64,000 nucleotides of DNA from Eledone cirrhosa (taxonomy: Eukaryota), in contig OZ024762.1 in NCBI GenBank assembly GCA_964016885.1, positions 11,346,001 through 11,410,000 of the forward strand, given 5' to 3'. Below, one piece after another: positions 54,146 through 64,000 of the stretch (position 1 is the first letter of the stretch; each line of letters opens with the position of its first letter). The notes under the pieces are model-generated. The model searched no databases, was not told where the DNA came from, and saw only the letters and a list, made by a program, of their open reading frames with translations. The position numbers were made by a program, and so were the translations under genes.

Positions 54146-54817
54146 CCCCTTTACACTCTGAGTTCAAATCCCGCCAAGGTTAACTTTGCGTTTCATCCTT
54201 ACAGGGTTGATAAAATAAAGTACCAGTAATACACTGGTGTCAATTTAATCAACTTTCCACTTCCTTTCATATAGCTGGCCTTTTACCAAAAGCAGAAACA
54301 ATTATTTTATTTTTATTGTTGTTGTTGGGAAAACATTCTCCTACTACTCAAATAATCAGTAAAACTTAAATTTGTTCCATAATAACTGATAAACCAGGAA
54401 TATGTCTAAAATATATATTTAAATCCAATTATATAGATTAACTCTTTAATGTTCAAACCGGCCAAAATTCTCTACCTCTTTCTGTTGAAACTGGCTGTAA
54501 CTGGTCACTCAAACTGATGTTAAGATATTGTTCTCAAAATAAATACTTTCAAAATCTCATAGATTCGATATTATGTGAGATAATTATGTGAGGTAAAGCC
54601 TTTACCATGAAAATACAATGGTATATATAGAGTAATATGAACGCTAAAGGGTTAAACCATTTCATACCAAACTGCACCTGGTTTTATGATACAATGCTGT
54701 GTTTCAAAGTTTTTAGATTTATCTAAAACCCTGCCATCGTATTTTTATGTAAGAACCATTATATGCCAAACAGTACCCTCCAAGTACTGGCCATTCTCCA
54801 ACAGGTCGTGCCCTTGG

Positions 54818-55130
54818 CAGTGGAGACTTCTGGTGTTTTTGGCCCTAGGGCTACCTCCCTACTCAACACCATAGGCGCTGAGCTGGCTACTCCTAGCAGT
54901 GGAGACTTCTGGTGTCCTCGGCCCTAGGGCTACCTCCCTACTCACCACCATAGGTGCTGAGCTGGCTACTCCTAGCAGTGGAGACTTCTGGTGTTCTTGG
55001 CCCTAGGGCTACCTCCCTACTCACCACCATAGGCGCTGAGCTGGCTACTCCTAGCAGTGGAGACTTCTGGTGTCCTTGGCCCTAGGGCTACCTCCCTACT
55101 CACCACAACTGGCGCTGAACTGGCCAGCTG
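54818..55130. repeat. ~4 x 79-bp GC-rich minisatellite
   Basis: cagtggagacttctgg... starts at 54818, 54897, 54976, 55055. Confidence 0.92.
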
Positions 55131-55429
55131 CAGATGATAGCCTCGCGAGTTGGAATGGCTCTTCCAGCGTATCTCCTTTACCATCTTCCGGGGAAACACC
55201 TTCTCCATTCTGTTCGCTGAGGCTGTGGGGAGGCCAGTACGTGGGACCCCATTTGCTCACCATACGGAGAGATGGGGAGGGCGAGAGAGATGGAGGTGAT
55301 GACAGTGGGAGTTCGGACACATTGCACCGTCACGTGGATCATGTTGTAGAGTGAGTGAACACTTGTCATAACGATTGAATCTTATGATGGAGCTGACTGC
55401 CTTTCATCCCTTAGGGTTGAAAAAGATAA

Positions 55430-55890
55430 GAGATAATTGATGGAAGCTACGGAGTGGGTAGACCAAGAAAAACCTGGGACGAGGTGATAAAAACTGACCT
55501 TGCTCACTTACACCTCTCTAAGACAATGACACCGGATTGAGACCTTTGGCGCCATACAGTTGTACACAAGACCCAACTGCCATTGCATACAAACCTACAG
55601 TCAGTAGATACCTCTTAACCCAATGTACACTCCACCTCCCATTCCGTCCACTGTGTCGATGACACAATAGTCCACACTGTAAGGTGGCTATGTAGGAAAC
55701 ACGGTAAAAAGGCTCCCAGTCCATACTGTAAATGACGTTGCTGTTGGGAAGGACATCAAGCTGTAAAAAACCTGCCAGACACACTTCCGTGCGAGCGAGA
55801 CATGGTCTCCCAACCATTCCCGCATCAGATGGAACAAAACCATTTAACCCATGCTAGCGTGGAAGATGGACGTTAAACAACGATGATGAT
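55430..55890 (+). mobile_element. Older RTE 3' end
   Basis: Degenerate IDGSYGVGRPRKTWDEVIKTDL frame plus RTE-type 3' UTR and GAT tail. Confidence 0.75.
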
Positions 55891-56164
55891 AAATTACATA
55901 ATCAGCCATGTATTCAATAATGAGAAAGTTTTATTGTATTATAAAGAATTTGAATTTTGAAAGCCACAACAATGTGAAATGGACAGATAAGCAAGTCGGA
56001 TGAAACAAAATGTTGTTTTACCTTAATTAATTATATGTCCTAATATTTTGAGGTTAAGATCTCTTCTTCCAAAGAAAGGGACTAATCCAGTTTCTGATGA
56101 AGTGTGCTATACTATGCTGGCAGAAGTTAGTTATATTATTAAATCTTTTCGAATTCTTGATTAT

Positions 56165-56728
56165 TTTCAAAATTATCTCATACAAAATTATTAACCATCT
56201 TGCCAACAACCCTGAGTACCTTTTTGATTTCCATGTGTCTAACACACGTGGACATGCCAACAAAGTCAGAAAACAGCACAGTTCCCATGACTTTCGGAAA
56301 CACTTTTTCATGCTCAGAGTTGCTGAATCATGGAACAAACTACCTGCATCAGTTGTTAGCTGTCGAGACACTGCATCCTTTAAAACCTCCATGGAACAAA
56401 CTACCTGCAGAGACACTGCAAACCTTTAAAACCTCCATGGAACAAACTACCTGCAGAGACACTGCAAACCTTTAAAACCTCCATGGAACAAACTACCTGC
56501 ATCAGTTATTAGCTGCAGAGACACTGCAAACCTTTAAAACCTCCATGCTTCCTGAAATTCACCAACACTACACCTAATATCCCCCTTCCATACACACACA
56601 CATGTATATCATAACTCATACACTGTTCATTTTCCTGACATTTATACATTATTCTATGTACTATACATGCACCTTTGATAAGTTGTAGTGCACCTGAGCA
56701 CTACACAATAATTTTATTATTATTATTG
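56165..56728 (+). mobile_element. CR1 LINE 3' end with internal ~49-bp tandem duplication
   Basis: NTRGH...RKHFFMLRVAESWNKLPASVV...SFK motif; 3' UTR ends gcacctgagcact...(ATT)n. Confidence 0.85.
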
Positions 56729-56881
56729 TGTGTACATCATCACTCCTACACTGAATCTCCCTGAAAACCACATTAAAGGTAGACACGTCTTTGGAATTCT
56801 CAGTCACTTACACACTGATTCCACGAGCCAGCTGTTTTAACTGGAGCCAACAGAAGTTCAACACTACTAAAGACCACAAAA

Positions 56882-57200
56882 TGTCACATATTGGTACCTA
56901 CATCAGATACTAGTACTAAATAGAACTGTCACATATTAGTAACTACATCAGATACTAGTACTAAATAGAACTGTCACATATTAGTAACATCAGATATTAG
57001 TACTAAATAGAACCGTCACATATTAGTAACTACATCAGATATTAGTACTAAATAGAACCGTCACATATTAGTAACATCAGATACTAGTACTAAATAGAAC
57101 CGTCACATATTAGTAACATCAGATACTAGTACTAAATAGAACTGTCACATATTAGTAACTACATCAGATATTAGTACTAAATAGAACATTAGTAACTATA
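56882..57200. repeat. ~7 x 42/45-bp minisatellite
   Basis: Unit gtcacatattagtaac(tac)atcagatactagtactaaatagaact. Confidence 0.9.
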
Positions 57201-57627
57201 ATTTTGTTAGTATTAAATACATATATATATATATATTTATTAAAATAACAGATTAAAGTTTAAGCAAAGAATCACTGCTTTCACCCTTAACGGGATCTTC
57301 TGATATAATGGAATATGTAAGGGTGAAAGCAGCGATTCTTTGCTTAAACTTTAATCTGTTATTTTAATAAATATTTACTCTATGGTTCTTATATACTTGA
57401 TATATATTTATCCTTATCTAGCCCTCTTTGGATTTTAGTCTTCACATTTATTATTATTACTATATATATATATATATATAATTAGTATCAGTGCTCTGAA
57501 ATAGCAGTATATATATATGAATGTATGTATAGTATATTTGATAATATACTGTGTTTATTTAAAAACATTTTGAAAACCATTCACTATAAGTTTTAAAGTA
57601 GTGACTATATCACTTACTTATTCTTGG

Positions 57628-57661
<34 letters not shown>

Positions 57662-57686
57662 CAGCCGGGATGTTTGAACACACAAG

Positions 57687-57776
57687 ACATATCTGAAGAA
57701 CCTTCGAATGCAGAGCAGGGTTCGATCTGTAACAGATCCAGCCTTGAGCTGATCGACAGAGAAACATGTAATATGT
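57687..57776 (+). ncRNA. Hammerhead motif with long stem II (H6)
   Basis: acatat-CTGAAGA-[tcga..agggtt..gatctg/cagatc..agcctt..tcga]-GAAA-catg-TA-atatgt. Palindromic ACATGT stem III, GUA site. Confidence 0.7.
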
Positions 57777-57821
57777 TAATAAATTGTGCTTTGATTCATT
57801 ACTGATTCCTCATTTTTTATA

Positions 57822-57853
<32 letters not shown>

Positions 57854-58198
57854 CACAGTAAGTAAGGTACTCAATACATAGAGTATAAATATTTATATAT
57901 ATATATATTTCAAAAAGACCAAAGATTAGTATTATTAATAAACAACAATAATACTAATCATTGGTCTTACTGAAGTTTGAATTATAAATGCTCTGCTACT
58001 ATGTTTGCTCCTGAAGAATGAAGGGTAAAAGAGGTATTGAGTTTAACTTATCTTACCAATGAAAATAGTGAACTAGCACACAACCTCATATATATACGAT
58101 GAGCTTCTACAGTTTCCTTTCTCACAAGGCAATGGTCAAACTTAAGCTATATTAAAAGACATTTGTCCCCAAGACTGAACCATTGCTTCAATATACAC

Positions 58199-58236
<38 letters not shown>

Positions 58237-58757
58237 AGTGAGTCCTGGGTTCAATCAGGGGTAACCACAGTAAGGTACAGAATACATTAGTAGATTGTAT
58301 ACAACAAATTTAATATAGAAATGGCTTCTACAGGACTGGAACTGTAGTCCTGTAGAAGCCATTTCTATATTAAATTTGTTGTATATATATATATATTTCA
58401 TCATCACTGTTTAACATCTATTTTCCACACTAGAATGGGTAAGAGCTGTCCAGTTGTGAGACAAGGTGACCGTGTCTTCCCCATATATATATATATTCTC
58501 TTTAATAATAATAATAATGAAATATTGTGTACAGTGCTCAGGTGCACTACAAGTCATCAAAAAGTGTATGTATAGTACATAGGGTAATGTACAAACATCA
58601 GGAAAATGAACAGTGCATGAGTCATGATACACACATGTGCATGTGTATGGAAGGGGTACATCAGGTGTAGTTTTGGCGTATTTCGGGAAGCATGAGTGTC
58701 TTAAAGGATGCAGTGTCTCATTCTACTCTAGGTAGGACTCACAAACCTATCAGAACT

Positions 58758-58894
58758 CAGGGCCGTCTTAACGCATGGGCACGCTGGGCAGTTGCCCGGG
58801 GGCCCATTTGTATTTTTATTCCTGTGAGTGGTTGTGTAAGGGCCCCAGTGCTCTGCTTTGCCCGGGGGCCGATAATGCTGTTAAGACGGCCCTA
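58758..58894. mobile_element. hAT-superfamily MITE (137 bp)
   Basis: TIR CAGGGCCGTCTTAAC / GTTAAGACGGCCCTA; perfect 8-bp TSD TCAGAACT (58750-58757, 58895-58902). Confidence 0.88.
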
Positions 58895-59154
58895 TCAGAA
58901 CTCAATGTATTGTTGATATAAATTACCTCCAACAAAGCAGTTATGCAACACCATAGTAATAGTCTGAACAATGCATCTATCCTGCTGTTCATCCTCAGAA
59001 ACAATCAGTTGTGTAGCTATTGCTATCAATTAATCAATATATTGAAGAAAAAAAATATTGTTCATAAAACAATGGTTTAATTAATTACTTAACCTCGTCT
59101 TATTTGTTTTCATTGTGTGCGTGTGTATGTATGTGTATATATATAAATGTTTCA

Positions 59155-60092
59155 TTTTATTAAGGCTAAATAGTGAGTCTTGTTATTCTGGAGTTTTGCC
59201 TGTTTATCACAGGGTCATCAGATAAGAACTCTCGGCACTGAGATCTTCTAGGGAATACAATGGAAAGACACCCAATCACACATTTGTTGAAGTAAACATA
59301 CGTGTAGATGCCATGGAAAAAAAAAAAAAGCACCCAACACTCACTGTAAATGAGGTTGGTGTTAGGAAGGGCATCCAGTTGTAGAAATCATGCCAGAACC
59401 AGTTCCCGTCCCACCCTTGCAAGCAGGGAAAAGCGGACGTAAAATGAAATGATGATATATATATATATATATATATATATATGACATACCCATTTAGAAT
59501 TGATCAGATATGGTCACTCTTATGAGTATGTCATATAACATTTCATACATCTAATATTGTATTTTGTCTGAAGAAGGCATACTATAATTTAGCATCCCAG
59601 AAATATATATAATGAAATAAATAATGATGCTATAGTGTTATATCTTCTGTTTATTACTATTATTATTATATATAGCATGAATTATATGTCAGAGAAAACA
59701 ACAAATTTTTGAATACATATATCTATACAATATATGTATTCAAAAATTTGTTGTTTTATCTGACATTTAATTCGTGCTTTTTAGCTCTGCTTATAATAAT
59801 TTTGCTAGACATATTTTCTTCGAATGACTCACTTGTCTTGCAAACTATATGCATTGAGCACGCTAACCCTCTCTACTGGCTTGTAATCTTCTTAACTAAT
59901 CACTTATCTCTCCTCTTTGATTGGTTTGCTTGCTTAATATTTGAGATATATATATTCATTTTATTAAGGCTAAATAGTAAGTCTTGTTAGTCTGGAGTTT
60001 TGCCTGTTTATCACAGGCTCACCAGACGAACTCTTGTTGTTCTGAGATCTAGTTAATACAATGGAAAGACACCTAATCACACATTCGTTGAA
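59155..60092 (-). ncRNA. Two copies (59155-59290, 59957-60092) of a ~135-bp repeat with a decayed hammerhead (H9)
   Basis: CTGATGA/CTGGTGA-gcctgt gataa acaggc-AAAA. The expected cGAAA reads cAAAA, a CpG-type change. Confidence 0.45.
59560..59619 (+). ncRNA. Decayed hammerhead motif (H7)
   Basis: tattttgt-CTGAAGA-aggcatacta taatt tagcatccca-GAAA-tatata-TA-atgaaata. Stem II imperfect. Confidence 0.55.
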
Positions 60093-62429
60093 GGGTCATG
60101 TTATAATATTGCCAGAAATATATAATAAAACACACTCAGTTTGGTTTGGGATGGTTTTCGCTTCGGTATATTATATATTTGGAAATTATTTCAGCTTGCA
60201 ATCAATGTTTATCATTGATTGATCAACAGTTAAAAATATAGATATAAATATAGTCTCTCAACACACGACTTCATATCAAAAACCTTGCAAAACAAATATA
60301 TATATATATATTACCAACATATTTCATTGTTCCAATTGATTATATGTTTTTATGTAAGATTTTAAAATTGTTAAACCTGTAACAATATCTAGGTGTCTTC
60401 TCTCCTTGTTTTTTTTTTTTAAGCATCTAACTTGCATCAAGAGGTTACTGGTCAATAAGTCAATATTTTTATATATCAATATTTACATTGTGTATATTTA
60501 TATATACACACACAGGTAAAATGCTGTTATAACGAATCTTCCAGTATAACGAAATATTTTTCAATCCCCGAGGTAATAAACAAACACTCAATTTGTTTTG
60601 GTAAATCTCGTTATAAAGAACTTTTCGTTACAACAAATTTATTTTTATACCACATGAATTTCATTATAACGGAATTTCACTGTATATATAAACATATACA
60701 TATATATACACACACATATATATATAAATTGGTAAACTCCCAATGGTCGGGGGGCTATTCCATCTTTGAATTTGAACTAATTACTATACTAAATCTGTAC
60801 CAAAACATGTATTAAATACTACTCTGATCTGTGGCCTTTTCGGTCTCTGTACCACAAACACTTCATATATATATACACATACAGACAGAGAGAGAAATAT
60901 TGGGAGACTGACAACAGCATTGGCAGAGGGTATTTTCCCCTCAACAAACTATGTTATGTCATACACTTGATCTCTAAATAAATAAATAAAATTTAGAACA
61001 TTTTCGACAGTTTGTGTGATATGACAGATGGCACCATCAACCATAATAAGCTGTGTTTTTATATTGATATATATGGTATGGTATGGTAACTCCTGATAGT
61101 GCCATAGCGGTGCTGTACTGACATACAGAATTCCTCGAGCCATTGTAAGCCAGGCAGAGGTCATCTTTCTCCAGGCCTGAGAACAGCAGATTTCTTCCAG
61201 AGAGAGGAAGAATACACCCACCCAGAGTACTCTTTTTATATTGATATATATGGTATGGTCCTGTAACTCCTGATAAAGTCATAGGGGCACCATACAGACA
61301 TACAGAATTTCTTGGGCATTTTAAGCTGGGCAGAGGCCTGAGTACAGCAGATTTCTTCCAGAGAGAGGAAGAATCAACCTCAGTACTAGACAGGTAATTT
61401 TTTTTATCGACCTTGAAAAGATGAAAAGGCAAAGTTGACCTCAGAGCAGGGCCGGATCAAATACCATAACACATTCTATCCGATCTTCTAACAACTCTGC
61501 CAATTCGCTGCCTTTTTATATTATAAATACACATAAATTAAAATTCCTGGGTCTTTCAGGAAATACAATGTTTACTGCCAATTCGCTGCCTATATATTAC
61601 ATATATCTGTAATTCTTCAAAATTTATATCCACAATACATTTCCTATTAGTCATGTTGCTACAATAACAACTCCACTTTCCAATCAAAAGGTCCTGAGTT
61701 CTAACCATACATTTGTGACAGTAAATAAATTTCTAGGTAACATTTTCAAAATCTGAAATAAAAGTTTAAAATAAATTAATTAAAAAAAAAGAAAAACGGA
61801 CATTTTATGTTCATTTTTCATGCTGGCTTAGGTTGGATGGGTTGTTAAGGACCAAATCAGTTTTTAAATGAAGCTACTGTCCTCCTAGACAGGATTGGGG
61901 AACCATGTCTTGCTCATGTTCCATTTTTGGCATGTGATGTGTTTAAGAAGCTAGCTTCACAACCACATGGCTTTGAATTTGATCGCACATGGATTAAATA
62001 TCTTCTATCATAGACTCAGACAGACCAATGTTCTTGGGGTAGATGGAAATAATACAGAAACCCTTTGTGTGATATATAACCCCTTGCATTTGACACCACT
62101 GGTGGCAACTTTTGTTTATTTCACACATAAACAAAAGTCCCACAAGTTAACATGCCAAAATTGGAACTTGTCATCAGGAAAGCTATCTGACTATAGAACT
62201 TTGCCCTAAAGAGAGTTTGGACCAACCATTACTAGCATGGATAAATGGATGTAAAAAAAAACCAAAACAATGATGATGATGATGATATTGTCCTAAATTA
62301 TGATATAAGCTAAAAGAAACCTTTAATAAACTTTAAGTCAATTTATATCAGTAAATAAACTAATATTTAGATAAAAAGGAATCTAGCAATAAGTGTTGCC
62401 TGGTTTAACTCTTGATACTAAACTGTAGG

Positions 62430-63512
62430 GCTGAGACCCTGTCATTAAAACACCCAAGAAACCTAAGAGGCAACCTCATGGAAAGCTAGCCAAACCTATA
62501 TAGATGTAAGCTGTAACAACATTGAGACCCATTATTAAGCACCCCAGAAACCTTCTATGAGATACAGCCTTGTGGGATGACACATGTAACTACATAGATG
62601 TAAGCTCTAAATAACATTGAGGCCCCTATCATTAAAATACCCAAGAAACCTATAAGATATAACCTCATAGATCAGCTAAACATGTATAAGTGAGTCATAA
62701 CAATTACATAATAGGACTTTAGCCCCTATCATTACAATACTTGAGTAACCTCCTGTGAGATCCAACCTCATAGGTCAGCTAAACATGTAGAGGTGTAAGC
62801 TGTAACTACTACATGACAGAACCGGGACCCCTGTTATTAAAAGACCCAAGAAGCCTGAGAGGTAATCCCACAGGAGGCTAGCCAAACCTATATAGGTGTG
62901 AGCTGCTGAAGCTCCAATCATTAAAACACCCAAGAAACAGCTTTGTGGGATGCCAGCTAAACCTTGCATAAGTGGAAACTGTAACAGCATTGAAGCCTCT
63001 ATAATTAAAACTCCCAAGAAACCCTCTGAGATGTAACATGATAGGACTGGAGCCCTCATCATTAAAACACAAGAAATCTATGAGATTCAACCTCATAGGA
63101 GGCCAATTAAACCTACATAGGCGTGAGCTGTAACAACATGATAGTACTGGGAGCCCTATCATTAAAATACTCAAGAAACCTCCTGTGAGATACAAGGTTG
63201 TATCTCGCAGGAGGTTCCTTGTGGAATACCAGCTAAACCTACACAAGGGTGAGCTGTAACATTGGTGACCCTATTATGAAAGCACCTGGGAAACCTTCTG
63301 AGATGCAACCACATAGGAGGCCAGCTAAACTTAAATATGGGTGAGCTGTAACAACATGAGGTCCCCATCATTAAGGCACCTGAGAAAGCTTCAGAGATGC
63401 AACCACATTGGAGGCCAACTAAACCTACATAGGTGTGAGCTGTCAAGAAACCTTCTATGAGATGCAACCTCGTAGGAGACCAGCTAAACCTACACAGAGC
63501 TGTAAGAACATC
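62430..63512. repeat. Degenerate ~95-110-bp tandem array (~10 units)
   Basis: Recurrent ccctatcattaaaacacccaagaaacct...gagat..aacctcataggaggccagctaaacctacataggtgtgagctgtaac. Confidence 0.85.
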
Positions 63513-63517
63513 ATTAA

Positions 63518-63722
63518 CCCTTTAGCATTTACATTATTCTATAATAACTATTGTATTTCCACAGTAAAGGCTTCACCTCACATATCAAATCTATGATATT
63601 TTGATATTATTTATTTTGAGAACAATAACTTAACATCAGTATTAGAGGCCAGTTACAGCCGGTTATAAGAGAAAGAGGTGAGAGAATTCTGGCTGGACAT
63701 GGCCAGTTTAAATGCTAAAGGG
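63518..63722. mobile_element. piggyBac-like MITE
   Basis: TTAA|CCCTTTAGCATTTA...TAAATGCTAAAGGG|TTAA. Confidence 0.88.
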
Positions 63723-64000
63723 TTAAACTATTCATAGGAGTAAATATCATTAGAAATAATAATAGTGACAATAAAATGACTTTCGTTTTCCTGATTTTTG
63801 TAATTTAATTAATTAGAAAGATTTAAGAGAGTGATTACTTAATTAAGTGAAAACATATTGGTGAGAGATAACAAGCAATTCTTAATTACGGTAGATGTCC
63901 ATTAACAGGAATGAAACGGTTTATAGGAATATCAATTTGTTAGATAAGCTAGTGTCTCAGTAATGTAGTAGTGTAGTGGTAGAGTTGCTGTAACAGTGGT

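Overview
AT-rich, repeat-saturated eukaryotic genomic DNA. The repeat landscape (RTE LINEs with (GAT)n tails, tRNA-derived CORE and Deu/Nin-type SINEs, very long (TA)n/(TG)n tracts) suggests a coleoid cephalopod, probably Octopus; this is inference. The only host gene I can support is a MAPKAPK2/MK2-family kinase on the minus strand. Coding exon 1 is 43849-43709 and exon 2 is 765-626 (missed by the ORF track), separated by a ~42.9-kb intron; the gene continues beyond the left edge. The rest is two 5'-truncated but open RTE ORF2s carrying a PHD-type Cys4-His-Cys3 finger after the RT domain, RTE/CR1/Tx1 3' ends, SINEs, piggyBac/hAT/Tc1-like MITEs, minisatellites and many kb of TA-based low-complexity sequence. 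Nearly all Y/I/C/V/H-rich ORFs in the track are microsatellite artefacts. The most notable hidden signal is at least a dozen minimal type-I hammerhead-ribozyme motifs (CUGANGA...GAAA...UH with pairing stems) in several unrelated short repeat families next to (TA)n tracts. These include a U3-A8 compensated core variant, an inverted double-hammerhead cassette and associated fold-back hairpins, as expected for Penelope-like element termini or retrozyme-like non-autonomous elements. All calls were made by eye; no searches or folding programs were run.
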